DNA of 63,695 bases, filler included, from Octopus bimaculoides (taxonomy: Eukaryota), in assembly GCF_001194135.2 (NCBI RefSeq). It is 9 parts of 8 records of this genome, joined end to end, with 100 filler letters (N's around TTAATTAATTAA, not from the genome) between each part and the next. Parts side by side here need not be neighbours in the genome. Positions count along the whole stretch, not along the records: positions 26,150 to 51,398 come from NC_069002.1; positions 51,499 to 54,344 come from NC_068984.1; 7 more parts are not named here. One strand, 5' to 3'. The notes beneath the pieces were generated by a model. The model made no database searches and was not told the DNA's origin. It saw only the letters and a program-made list of their open reading frames with translations. The position numbers and the translations under genes are program-made. This document shows positions 39,681-52,702 of this stretch, in pieces. Each line of letters begins with the position of its first letter. Position 1 is the first letter of the stretch.

Positions 39681-40029
39681 CCGTGACCACTCGCATTTTC
39701 CCAAGTAGATTACATGCAGGACCACGTTATTCAATATTATTTTTTTGCAAGACAGCATGGTATGATTTTAGGGAGAATTAGTTGCTATTGCTAGCAAATA
39801 GAACATGTATGTAGAGGCACCTTCGTCACCTCCAGTAGGGCGCCATGGAATTGTTTTAGAGAGCAAACTCATTATATTCCTCCAATTAATTAGTAAAGAA
39901 TAAACGTGATGTCGTGAGGGATGGCTCTGATCTACTTAATTACCGAGGACACACAACATAAGAGCAATTTTTAATGATATCCAATAACTGGAGAAGATTA
40001 ACCAACTTGTGTCTAATTAAAGTAACAAA

Positions 40030-41126
40030 TATAGGGTTTGGACAAAACAATGGAACATCTAGCATTATAATTTTGAAATATCTATAAAACCGCCAAAAGC
40101 TTGTTTATTTTTATGTTTTTTGATTTATTATTAGTGATGCTTAATATTTTGTTAAAATTGCTGTTTCTTTTCAGATATCATTAGAAAAAGGTTATTAAAA
40201 TTCATTAAAATTACAGATCTATCGGACTTTCAAAGAGGTCAAATTGTTGGTGCTCGTATGGCAGGCGCTAGCGTAAAGAAAAAAGCCAAAATGTTTGGTG
40301 TATCAAGAAGTACTGTCTCGAAAGCAATGACAGCCTTTGAGAAAGAGGGAAAAAACCCTCCTCGTCGAAACAAAACTCCGGAAGGAAACTTTCAGATAGG
40401 GACCGACGGACTCATACGCGAATTGTTAGAAAGGATCACAAAACTACAGTTCCCAGAATTACTGCAGAGCTTAATGACCACCTCGAGAACCCAGTTTCCA
40501 CAAAAGCTGTTTGCCGAGAGCTGCACAAAACCGGATTTCACGGGAGGGTTGCAATGATAAAATCACTACTTTCAAAAATAAACATTGCAAAGCGTTTAGA
40601 GTAGAGTAAAAACCTACAGAATTGGTCCCTACAGCGGTGAAATGATATTAATTTCGCGGACGAGTCATCCTTTACCTTATTTCCGACCACCGGCTGAAAG
40701 TATACGTGTGGAGACAGCCAAAAGAAGCCTTCTCCTAACTGTTAACATGGTGTGGTGGTGTGGGGGCTATATCTTGAAAATCCGCCGGCCCAATGGTCCC
40801 TTCATGGCAGAATTAATAATCAAGACTATTTAAGCATTTTATCTGACCAAATTCATCCTATTGTTGCGGAACTGTTTCCAGAGGGAAACGCAATCTTTCA
40901 GGATGGAAATGCTCAATTCACACAGTTAAAGTTGTTACTGAATGGCACGAGGAACATTCTAGTGAAGTTGAACATCTTATCTGGCCGGCCATCACAGTCC
41001 ACAGTTCTCAATATTACTGAACAATTACAGTGCATTTTAGAAAAACAAGTAAGGAATCGATATCCTCCACCATCATCACTACAAGAACTGGAAACTGTTT
41101 TAGCTGACGAATGGACAACCCCTGTA
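40030..41126 (+). mobile_element. Degenerate Tc1-family DNA transposon
   Basis: DLSDFQRGQIVGARMAGAS..FGVSRSTVSK (HTH), IFADESSF, IFQDGNA; left end TA-TAGGGTTTGGACAAAA, right end CAACCCCTG-TA; many frameshifts. Confidence 0.9.
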
Positions 41127-41463
41127 TTTGCCTTGTACTTTTATCATTAATCGTACCAATGTGCATTTATTAATTTATTTTATTTCATATGGAAACTGGT
41201 GAACAACAGCATCTCTGTTATCAGTTTCCAACCGACCAATCTCTGCATTTCTGGCGATAATACTGTATTGACAAGAGAGAGATTATCAAACTTGGCCGAA
41301 CAAATAGCGTACAGGGTACGCNNNNNNNNNNNNNNNNNNNNNNNNNNNNNNNNNNNNNNNNNNNNNNNNNNNNNNNNNNNNNNNNNNNNNNNNNNNNNNN
41401 NNNNNNNNNNNNNNNNNNNNNNNNNNNNNNNNNNNNNNNNNNNNNNNNNNNNNNNNNNNNNNN

Positions 41464-41502
<39 letters not shown>

Positions 41503-41553
41503 AACTATTTACATTATTTACATTTGACGGATATTTGTCCTCATCTTGTTGTT

Positions 41554-41594
41554 AACACAACGTTTCGGCTGATATACCATCCGGCCTTCATTCC
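41554..41594 (-). ncRNA. Degenerate minimal hammerhead-like motif
   Basis: Minus GGAAUGA-A-GGCCG..CAGCC-GAAAC-GUU-GUGUU; core and stem I decayed. Confidence 0.3.
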
Positions 41595-42183
41595 TGGGGG
41601 GATTTCGTGCTATTGTCGTCCGTACTTCCTCTGCTAATACAGAATGGTACGAAACTGGTGTGGCGTATTGGCTGTTGGAACAGCTAACTACCCCCTTGAA
41701 ATGCGAAGCCATATTGTTCATCAACAAAAAACAAAATTTAAATTTGCTATTGCAAGGTTACCGGAATTCGCTTCCGAAAGGGCAAAATTTTTACAAAGCC
41801 AACGAGCCCCAGAGAATACTGGTTGGCCAAATGACAAAATGATTCAAGAAAAAAAAAACATTAAAATAACTTTCTTCAAAGCAACAAATTTCAATAATTT
41901 ACGATCTCCAAAACGACCTTTTTCTGAGGCAAACACACTAATAATAATAACAACAACAACAATGAAGACGATGATGATCATGATGATGATGGTGGTGATG
42001 ATGACGATGATGATGACGGTAATGCTGATATCCTGATAGCTACTGTGGTTAGTACCCACACAATTAAACAACACTTGAAAGAAACAAAAAATCAAATCCT
42101 GAACTAATCAAAATTATAAAAAAAGGGAAAAACAAAAAAATATGTAAAATATAAAAGTGTCAACAAAGCTCCTTCTTTTGAGT

Positions 42184-42185
<2 letters not shown>

Positions 42186-42252
<67 letters not shown>
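42186..42252. repeat. (ATT)n microsatellite
   Basis: Direct inspection. Confidence 0.95.
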
Positions 42253-42254
<2 letters not shown>

Positions 42255-44703
42255 CCGTGAGAAATTTTGTCGAAACGCTAGCAGCAAGCAATACGATGTA
42301 TCTCTGGCCAGTAACCATATTTTGATTTCGTATTTGGATCTGGTTGGTTTAATGAGAAAATTAACCAAGCGAAAATTAATGGAAAAAACTGTTTGTTAGT
42401 AATTCATGTAGAAATGCAACACAGTATTAAAGAATTCTAGCTTCAATATATTACATTTTGAATAAAATAGTCAAAATAATTGAAGATAAAGCGAAATGCC
42501 TTATGGCAGTTTCGAGAGCATGGACGGTCAAGTTCAGGGGAAAAGGCTCAGTTAATCGTGTCCTGTTGTTGACATTGTATTGTGTACATTGTCAACATGC
42601 TTAACTCTTAACGAACCGGCCAATGAGGGAGTACCGAGGTGGCCGCTCAAGGGAGCCAACAAGGTAGACTATTGACCATTCATTGTGAAACTATGAGACA
42701 CGTCCTGTCATTAGTGACGCACTGCGAGATTTTAGGTGAAATGTAATGGACTTAGAAATAAAGATCTTCCTTCCATATCAAGTTATAAAATAATCTAACC
42801 AGAAGCATTCACATAAACCATTAATTTCTAAAGAACCAACCAAGAAAGATTACGTAGAGGGTTGCTTAAGACAGCCAGTAAAGGAGACAATCGGTCAGTG
42901 ATTGCGAACCTGTGATATGCTGCCTGTTATTAGTGACAAGCCATGAGATTTTAGGTGGAGTGTGGTTAACTTCAGGCAAGAAATCTTATAGAAGCATTTT
43001 CTTAAAGCTAAAATGCATGTTTATATGTATTTGGCATGTATCAACAATAGGATTATCAAATAAATTAATATTTGCACACACCTGGTCTCATTTGTTACAG
43101 TTTCAAGTTTTGCTGTCTTGTTCATGGTTTTCCCGATGGTCAATTTTATCCTCTCTTACGTTCCACTGATGTCACTATGGTTGCGCTGGTGACACAAAAT
43201 CCATCCATGCGTGTAAAAACTCAAATTACTGACCGTTGTCATTTATGCTGTCAATCTGACACTGCTTCGGACAACTTGACCGAAGCCTCCAAGCAACAGT
43301 AGTTGTTTCTAGCTGTGGATTTCTTCAATTGTTCTTTGACCATAAAATTCATCCTTTGTAACTTTTACAGAAAGAAGGCTCGGTGCATAGAACACTGACA
43401 AAGTAGACAATTTCATCAGAATATAAGGAATGGAAGTAGGAAAATCCGTCCAGTCAACCACCTCTAGCTGGACTCCACCATCTTCAGCACTCGTCTCGTC
43501 TAAGTCCCATGTATGTATGTATGTATGTATGTATGTATGTATGTATTATGTATGTATGTGTGTGTGCGTATGTGTGTGCGCGTGTGTGTGTGTTTATGTA
43601 TAGGAGGGTAAACGAAGTAGCATCTACGTAGTCGCTTGATCTTCTAGAAATAACAGCCATACAATGCTCCAACAGTCTTAGAAAAGAACAAATTGAATAA
43701 TGTAATCCTGTGTTTCTTGAACGCAGAGAAAAGGCGGGATGGTCGCGGTGTGATCATAAGTCTGCTTGATTTGAACTGACCTGGAGTCCGAAATACAACA
43801 ACAAACAAAAATACCAATAACGACAACAAGAATAACAAGGGCAAAAGCACGACAACCACAACAACAGTAACAACAACAACAACAACAAAGGAACAAACCC
43901 CAGCCATTGAGAGAAAATGGTTGGTGATAAGAAAATTCCGAACCGGTGATCAATTAACGATATCTTCTTTAGTCTTATCGAACGATTGATTTTAAAGCCG
44001 ACTGAAATGTTTGTCCTTATTTTTCTTTGCATAAGGTTCTATGTAAATTAATAGTATGTGTATATATGTGTGAGTGGGTATATATGCATGTATGTGTGTA
44101 CGCTAGTGTGTACATAAGCTCGTCTTTGTGAATGTGTGGAATTGTGTGTGTGTGTGTGTGTACTTTGTCCAAAGCTGTAAACAGGTTATCAAACCATCTA
44201 AATCACGTGATTTTGCCCCATTTTCATAAACATTTATTTTTGCTTTCCGAGCAGCCCTTGAGACGTGAGATATGAGATATTTCTGACCAAGATGTATCTG
44301 AGTCAGTGACCCAGTAGATAAGAACGTTATTTCTCTCAATTTTACAAATAAACGGTTTCCGGTTCGAATCCAGTCTGAGCTAAACAACTACTAATATAAT
44401 ATTGGTCTCAAATTTTAGCACAAGGCCGGCAGGTTCGGGGAGGGGTTAGTCTGGTATACATTACACGTGATACGTATAGAAACATGGCTATTTTTTCACA
44501 GCCTTTCCTGTAGCCTGCCAAATGAAGCACAAGTGCTGTTCATTCCGTATGTGATTTCCTGGTCCAACCGTGCATTATCTGAGATGGTATTTGAGTGCTT
44601 TGAGTGCCCAGGTATTTGAGTGCTTTGCACTGGAACAGTATTTCATGTCGAATAGTGATGTTTTCTTCTGTTTAATTAATATTTGTTTAGAATATGTTTA
44701 ATC

Positions 44704-44959
44704 AATATTTGTATTTCCATGCCTAAATCGTTACTAAACAAAATTTTTGCATCTAAGTTGTGGTTGCCGACTTCTTTGAATCTCAGTTTTGACCTTTTGA
44801 TGTAAACTTCATTAATTTGTTGCTTTCGCACATTTTCCGGCAACCAATTAATGAAGTTTACATCAAAAAGTCAAAACTGAGATTCAGAGAAGTCGGCAAC
44901 CACAACTTAGATGCAAAAATTTTGTTTAGTAACGTTTTAGGCATGGAAATACAAATATT
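44704..44959. repeat. Long near-perfect palindrome (about 120-bp arms, 16-nt loop); MITE/foldback-like
   Basis: 44704-44823 is the reverse complement of 44840-44959 with a few mismatches and small indels. Confidence 0.85.
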
Positions 44960-45222
44960 AATTAACAATATTAAATAACAATAACATATTCAAGCAATAA
45001 ACCACCCATAATACCCGATAACTTACAATGAAAAATACAATATCCACTTACTATTTTACCTACTGTACAATATCGTATAAAATAATTATATATGTGAATT
45101 TTTTGTATCCTATTCATGTTCTTTAATTTCAAATTCAAGTCTCCAATTCCGTCTCACGCCTTATTAATCTCCCTTCATATCAACGACCAACCAGACGACA
45201 TCACGTATTAATTCTTGTTTAA

Positions 45223-45430
45223 TCTCTATATATAAAACACAGGATGTGTGTTTGTCATGTCGTTAAAACTCGAGATCTACCCAACAGATTTTAATGAAAT
45301 TTTACACATGCATTACATAGGGTCTTTGGAGTGTCATAGGTCCAAAAACGTTTCAACTTCTTGCCTAATACGGTCTCAGGGGCAGATAAACAACACTTTT
45401 GAAGCAGTTTCGCTGCGTTAAGGCCCTTAA
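45223..45430 (+). mobile_element. Possible non-autonomous Helitron-like 5' end
   Basis: A|TC start, TCTCTATATATAAAA..TGTGTGTTTGTC..AAACTCGAGA..GATTTTAATGAAATTTT pattern; 3' end not seen. Confidence 0.35.
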
Positions 45431-45857
45431 CTTGAAGAGTATCCAGTCGCTTTCCTCCAAATTTGCAACAAACATTCATCAGGTTCCTCGAATTGCTGTT
45501 GACTAAACAAAATTTCCGACGCCGACTATGCCCTCACCTAAAAAAAAAAAAAAATACAGACTAATCAGATTTGAGTATACTGTACTGGGTTTTATCTTTG
45601 TTTTAGGCCATTTTCCAACCATAAAATATTGTCACTACTTATGCATTATAAGTAGCGTATAATATTTCATGAAAACTTTTTTGTCCAATTTGGCAGAGGA
45701 AATGAGAAGAACATTGAAATTTAAAATCTTTGTCGGCGCCCTGTTGATGCTTCATGTTACCATCCCGCGCACCACCGAGCCATGTGCGTGTGCGTGCGGC
45801 TGGGTAAAGGCACAACAAACCCGTTCATTAATTCCCCAAGATAGAGCAAGCGTTTAG

Positions 45858-46106
45858 CTGAGCTTAAAGAACACATTCAGTTAGCAGTGCAGGAGCTAAC
45901 TTCTGAAATGCTTCAAAATATGTTTCACAACGCTAAGGAGAGATTTGAAGTATGCAGGGATACAGACATGTTGAAAATCTTCAATAAAAGTTTGACGTAA
46001 GATTTATAAATCTATTTGTTTTGGTAATAAACATAAAATTCTGTCAGCTTTTTAAAAAATTGCTCAATTTCATTGAAACAGATAGTTAATTCTGGAACAC
46101 CCTGTA
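45858..46106 (+). mobile_element. Tc1/mariner 3' fragment with terminal repeat
   Basis: ELKEHIQLAVQELTSEMLQNMFHNAKERFEVC (transposase C-terminus); end GGAACACCCTG-TA. Confidence 0.6.
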
Positions 46107-46243
46107 TGGTGTAGTGTTGTTAGTTGTTGCGTTGCTCGAGTAAATATTGAAATCAAAGGTCTTATCACCGTAAACATCACATATTTTTGTTAAGAATATT
46201 GTATCTAGGAGTATATTAGCCAAAATATATCTCTCATTTCTAA

Positions 46244-46362
46244 GCATGACTGTGTGGTTGAGAAGCTTGTTTTTCAACCTTGTCGCCTTGGGTTCAGTCC
46301 CACTGTGCGGCACGTTGGGCAATTTTCTTTAATTACAGCTCCGTGCCGACCAAAGCCTTGTG
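46244..46362 (+). mobile_element. SINE family A head plus CORE
   Basis: GACTGTGTGGTTGAGAAGCTTG..GGGTTCAGTCCCACTG..CCGACCAAAGCCTTGTG. Confidence 0.75.
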
Positions 46363-47005
46363 TATTATATAATTGCCATTACTGTATTGATATATAAAAT
46401 AACACACACAGTTCACTTATTATTGTCATATAACAAACAGAAGTTCGTGTATGAAATTGATCTTTTTTCTATTTCAATTATTATGTTCTTTTTTCTTTAT
46501 AAAATACACACATACAAGAAGAGTAAATCTCTGTATATATAATAACACTTTGAATGCGGCCCTCGAGAAAGAGTAAAAGTAATTACCCGATCAACGACGG
46601 GTATTACTGCTCGTCTACTATAAACATATTTTCTGTTATTTGACAACACAATATGTACGTCGCGATGTATTAAATATATGATGTCTAGTTTCTATTATAT
46701 ATCCGATAAGATATATATATTTGCTATTTTATCTACAACACAGAATTTATTTTCTGTTATATCTACAATGCAATATATATTTCTAGTTATAATTTAAACA
46801 AAATATACATTTCGTATTATATACGCTGTATAAAATGTATTTCTGCTATATCTACTGTATATGTTTCTCCACTGTATCTATTATAAAATATCTATATAAG
46901 ATAAATATCTTTAAAACATCTGGTGCAACACAACATCTGTTATGAAACTATATCTGGTCTAAAAACATCTCTTCTATCGATAAAGCATTATTATTTGTTA
47001 GTGTA

Positions 47006-47443
47006 AAGGGGTCAGCTGGCAGAATCGTTAGCAAAATGCTTAGAGGTATTTCATCCGTCTTCATGTTCTGGGTTCAGATTCCGCCGAGGCCCACTTTACC
47101 TTTCATCTATTTAGGGTCGATAAAATAAGTATCAGTTGAGCACTGGGGTTGATGTAATTGACGTACCCCATCATCCGGAATTTGAAACTTGTGCCTAAAT
47201 TTGAAACTAATATTATTTCTTGGTATAATGCAACGAGCCATCAGAATCGTTAGCGTGCCGGAAAAAATACTTAGGGGCATTTCTTCCGACTTTACATTCT
47301 GAGTTCAAATGTTGCCGGAGTCGACTTTGCCTTTCAACCTTTGGAGGTCGATAAAATAGATACCAGTTGCAGACTGGGATCGACGTAACCGACTTACACC
47401 CTCCCTAAATTGAAGGTCTTGTGCCAAAATTTAAAACCAGTAT
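47006..47443 (+). mobile_element. Two tandem SINE family B copies
   Basis: Two heads (47006 and about 47228), both ending in the CTTGTGCC.AAATTT.AAAC tail. Confidence 0.85.
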
Positions 47444-48090
47444 ATTATTTTTTAATGTAACTTTTCCTGTTATAAACAATACAACAATTGCTTTTTGCTG
47501 CATCTGCAAAACAATATCAATCTAAGTATATCTACCCTATAGAATTATCTATTGTCTTCTATCTTAATCATACAATAAGCTATACATAGTATATGCTCTG
47601 CTCAATATGTTGCACAATAACTATCTCCTTTTATATCTGTTTTGAATATATACAGAATTAAGCAGGGACCAAAGAAAATTCTCATAAAACATGGTGGCTT
47701 TCTTCTCTCCCTCCACTGTCCTCGTAGACTTTATGGAAAAATTCATGAGCGCTGCCCCAGCCTTTTATAAACGATACCATAAGAAAATATTAAGATGGCT
47801 TCTTGGCCACCCTGGTGTAAGATAACAAAGTAGGAAGACGAACTACCTATCAATTGGCTCGAAGATTTCTTATCGACTGGGCCACTCGTTTAACCTTCTG
47901 CCTTTCTAATGACATTAAATTGACTTAAATGGAACTTTCCTCAGATAAAATCGACTGTATTGATAATGTCGTTAAATGAATTCACTTCCAAGCTACTGAT
48001 AAGAAAAACATAAAAATTCAAGCGAGTTTGACATTTGCAATAATAACATTTTAACGACATAAGTCTTCCTCTCTTTCTCTATTATTATTA

Positions 48091-48136
<46 letters not shown>

Positions 48137-48280
48137 TCCCTTCTTTCTCTGATTTCTTTGTCTCTCACTTGCTCCCTCTCACTCTCTCACACACTTTGTC
48201 TCTCTTTTCTCCGTTTTGATCTACTTTTCTTTCTTTTTCTCACGCTGCACACTTTTTATCATTTTCTTCACCCACTCTCC

Positions 48281-48321
<41 letters not shown>

Positions 48322-48496
48322 CATGCACATACATGTATACGCACACATACACACATATACACACACGTATAACTGCACACTCACACACACATATAATTCT
48401 TTGTCTCTATTTCTCCTCTCTTTCTCCCTTCCCCTATAGTTCTTTCATTCTCTAGTATTCTCGTTATGTGTTTCCTACACGCGCACGTACACGAAT

Positions 48497-48562
<66 letters not shown>

Positions 48563-50113
48563 NNNNNNNNNNNNNNNNNNNNNNNNNNNNNNNNNNNNNN
48601 NNNNNNNNNNNNNNNNNNNNNNNNNNNNNNNNNNNNNNNNNNNNNNNNNNNNNNNNNNNNNNNNNNNNNNNNNNNNNNNNNNNNNNNNNNNNNNNNNNNN
48701 NNNNNNNNNNNNNNNNNNNNNNNNNNNNNNNNNNNNNNNNNNNNNNNNNNNNNNNNNNNNNNNNNNNNNNNNNNNNNNNNNNNNNNNNNNNNNNNNNNNN
48801 NNNNNNNNNNNNNNNNNNNNNNNNNNNNNNNNNNNNNNNNNNNNNNNNNNNNNNNNNNNNNNNNNNNNNNNNNNNNNNNNNNNNNNNNNNNNNNNNNNNN
48901 NNNNNNNNNNNNNNNNNNNNNNNNNNNNNNNNNNNNNNNNNNNNNNNNNNNNNNNNNNNNNNNNNNNNNNNNNNNNNNNNNNNNNNNNNNNNNNNNNNNN
49001 NNNNNNNNNNNNNNNNNNNNNNNNNNNNNNNNNNNNNNNNNNNNNNNNNNNNNNNNNNNNNNNNNNNNNNNNNNNNNNNNNNNNNNNNNNNNNNNNNNNN
49101 NNNNNNNNNNNNNNNNNNNNNNNNNNNNNNNNNNNNNNNNNNNNNNNNNNNNNNNNNNNNNNNNNNNNNNNNNNNNNNNNNNNNNNNNNNNNNNNNNNNN
49201 NNNNNNNNNNNNNNNNNNNNNNNNNNNNNNNNNNNNNNNNNNNNNNNNNNNNNNNNNNNNNNNNNNNNNNNNNNNNNNNNNNNNNNNNNNNNNNNNNNNN
49301 NNNNTATATATATATATATATATATATTTGCATGCACTCATATATTTATTATAAAATCTAAGGTAAACTTTGTGAGGTTATACTTCAGTGTGTAATGAAT
49401 ACGCCGTGGAAAGTAAACGGAAATGTGAATATATCTTGACATTTTCTTCGCAAACAGAAAAAGGAACGGAACTGACCGACATGTTTTATGATTGATTAAA
49501 CATTCTGCATTCTTCAGGGAGCAAGCCCCCTACACATTCTATTTCCGAAAAATCACAAAACAGTAAACGCTATTTAAATCAGTCACAAACTGGAAGTTTG
49601 TCCAATATTCCAGAAAAAATTTTCCAGTTATTCTTTAGCCGTTGGCATGATTAAGTGCTTTTCAAATGGCGTGTATTAGAAAATTGTTATATACATTATT
49701 TATACTTTCAACTAGTATGATTTGCAGTTAAAACAGGGATAGGCTGCTTCCAAAACATGGGTTTTTGTCTAAAATTCACGAGTAATGTGAAGCTGGTATG
49801 GATGGAGTAAAACGTAAAACTTATGTACAATTCAGCAAAATGAATATTTAGGCTAAGAGGGTTATAACAAGGTTACAATAGTGTCTTGTATAGTACGGGC
49901 AGATTAACGATAAAATAACGAGAACTGGTCTGATATGTAACGTTTATTATCTTAAGCATGAATAGCTTCTTATGGAAAGGAAAACTTGGAAGATAAAATA
50001 AAGAATTAAGGTAAGAATCATATCTGTTAAAGAAAATCGGTTAATTACGCGTTTAACTACTTCTACTTAGATGCAAGTTAAACTGGAAGACTGCTACTCC
50101 AGAAAAGGAGGCA

Positions 50114-50152
50114 GTGGTTGAGTAAGTCGAAAGGCGAAACTTAAAGTTCCAT
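50114..50152 (+). ncRNA. Degenerate minimal hammerhead-like motif
   Basis: GUGG-UUGAGUA-A-GUC(GAAA)GGC-GAAAC-UUAAA-GUU-CCAU. Confidence 0.35.
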
Positions 50153-50198
50153 GTTCCAGTAAAACTGAACTTTACAATATATATATATNNNNNNNNNN

Positions 50199-50236
<38 letters not shown>

Positions 50237-50340
50237 GCGAAGGAATATAGAATGGGTGCTGCTAACAAAATTGACTGTGGAAATTTACTGTACTGCTTAC
50301 TTCACTCTACATCTCTCACCGTCGATTTATGTGATTGTTA

Positions 50341-50716
50341 GGAGAGTTTAAAATCCTCAAATGCTGTTACTGTGAATTCCGATCGTTACATCGAGACGAT
50401 AAACAACGACTTTGTAACTGAATTACAACAAAAATGTATGCTTATTCGACGTGTGTACTTTCAGCAGGATGGGGCGACTTCTCACACAACCAGAGCATCA
50501 ATGGATGTTCTTCACTCTCTCTTCGGTAACCGCCTCATTTCCAGGTGTGCTGACATTCTTTGGCTCTCTCGGTCCCCTGATTTGTCCATGTGTGATTATT
50601 TCTTGTGATTATTTCTTGTGAGGAAACACATCAACATCAATAAAATTTGTTTGCAGGTAAAATTAACGATTTTGTGAATTTTTCAAAAACGACTGTCCTC
50701 TCTGCCCCATCCAGTA
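50341..50716 (+). mobile_element. Tc1/mariner (maT/rosa-like) transposase catalytic-domain fragment
   Basis: TVNSDRY..VYFQQDGATSHT..RLISR..WLSRSPDLSMCDYFL; ends GCCCCATCCAG-TA. Confidence 0.8.
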
Positions 50717-50905
50717 TATTGGGTCATCTCACGAAAAAACAAAGAAATATAAAAATAAAAAATACAAAATAAATAATAAAAAAATAAAAATTAAAAGTAA
50801 TTAATAAAAAATGAAAAAGATTATAGAAATAAATCGGTGACAGATATAAATAAATAACGAATAAAATAGAATAACATGTTCTTTTGAAAAGGTGTGTGGG
50901 GAAAG

Positions 50906-51398
50906 TCACTGAAAGGAGGGGGTTGTGCTGAGTCCTAAAGGAGTTCGAGTACGTATAGTGAAAATGCAACGCTGATGCAGGCGGAGTCTAGAGTTGGTGG
51001 ATCCATGGTGTAGGACAAGGCCGAAGACGGTGAGACCTGAGGTAGAGTGGCCCGCCAAGTGAAAATGACAAGCGACGGGTGTGTTCATACGTAGACGAAC
51101 GTCACGTAGGTGTTCAGCTATCCGACGGCCCGTCTGTCCAATGTAAAGTTTATTGCAAATATTGCACCCGATACAGTAAATAAAGATAGAAGAAGTGCAG
51201 GAGAAGGAGTTCCTAATGTAGAGGATGTGCCGGTTGGATCCAGTGAGGAAGGTGGTGGTTGTGATGAAAGGACAGGTATAGCAATGGGGTCTGGTGCAAG
51301 GGAAGGATCTGGGTTGGGTGGGAATGGAGGAGGGAAGGGAGCTATGGATCAGTAGATCGCGTAGGTTATTGGCGCGTTTAAAGGTGGGCAAGGGTGGG
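50906..51398 (-). mobile_element. Penelope-like element (Neptune-type) Cys-linker plus GIY-YIG endonuclease; cut by an assembly spacer
   Basis: FKRANNLRDLLIHS, CTRPHCYTCPF, IYCIGCNICNKLYIGQTGR..EHLRDV, PVACHF. Confidence 0.9.
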
Positions 51399-52432
51399 NN
51401 NNNNNNNNNNNNNNNNNNNNNNNNNNNNNNNNNNNNNNNNNNTTAATTAATTAANNNNNNNNNNNNNNNNNNNNNNNNNNNNNNNNNNNNNNNNNNNNAT
51501 TTACCCAATGTACAACCGTATCGATAATTAAATCCCATAAGTAAATTACAAACATTCCAAAATACGTAACTAAAAAGCGACAACTCTATTAAGCCATACA
51601 AAATTATAATCCCAACCATTTTCCTTAGTGAAATATAAAAGTAAAAGCTTAATAACTACATTACTTCAATCAATCAATATGTAGGCAGGATTAAACACTA
51701 ACTTTACTAAAAATAAAGCAAGAGACATTTAAACCAATGTACATTGTTTCGATATTAATGGTAATCTGCAATAACTAAATTATATGCTAAATTACGATCC
51801 CTTTTTAAGTCCACATAAATAATAATCCCACTGGTCTTCTACAGGTAATACTACAATGAAAGTTCAAACCTTATAAAATTTTATCCAAAACAAAACACGA
51901 TTGAAATTAATTTAACTGATATTTTTATGAAATACATTATTTCATCATTCAAAAGATACTAATAAAACCCTGCATACTCATTAATATATCACCACTACAA
52001 GTTATAATATTAAATTACCCGTGACTAATGTACACTTAAATTTCATTAAATAGGAACTAATAAAAGTACTTGTAATAAGCTAATATTATAAACATTGCTA
52101 TGTTTAAAGCTAATTAAACTGTTTAAAAGACAATAAAACTNNNNNNNNNNNNNNNNNNNNNNNNNNNNNNNNNNNNNNNNNNNNNNNNNNNNNNNNNNNN
52201 NNNNNNNNNNNNNNNNNNNNNNNNNNNNNNNNNNNNNNNNNNNNNNNNNNNNNNNNNNNNNNNNNNNNNNNNNNNNNNNNNNNNNNNNNNNNNNNNNNNN
52301 NNNNNNNNNNNNNNNNNNNNNNNNNNNNNNNNNNNNNNNNNNNNNNNNNNNNNNNNNNNNNNNNNNNNNNNNNNNNNNNNNNNNNNNNNNNNNNNNNNNN
52401 NNNNNNNNNNNNNNNNNNNNNNNNNNNNNNNN

Positions 52433-52474
<42 letters not shown>

Positions 52475-52519
52475 GGTGTGTTTGTATGTTTGTGTTGATG
52501 TCATGTGGTGATTGTAAAT

Positions 52520-52702
52520 GAGCATTACCATCATATAAGTGACAGTGTTCATCTCTTGTCTTCCATGGTGAAATATTACTTTGCTTGGAAACAAGTGAAG
52601 GTTGGTGGCAGTAAGAGTATCTGGCTGTAGAAAATCTGCCTCATTGAATTCTGTCTGACTCATGCAAACATGGAAAAGCAGACATTAAACAGTGATGATG
52701 AT
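52520..52702 (+). mobile_element. 3' part of an RTE-tailed SINE/LINE ending in (TGA)n
   Basis: TGGCTGTAGAAAATCTGCC..CATGCAAACATGGAAAAGCAGACATTAAACAGTGATGATG; family match from memory. Confidence 0.4.

Noticed and set aside
51499-52140. Possible mitochondrial insertion (strong A/C skew)
   Set aside because: No recognisable mitochondrial protein, tRNA or rRNA motif; BLAST would be needed
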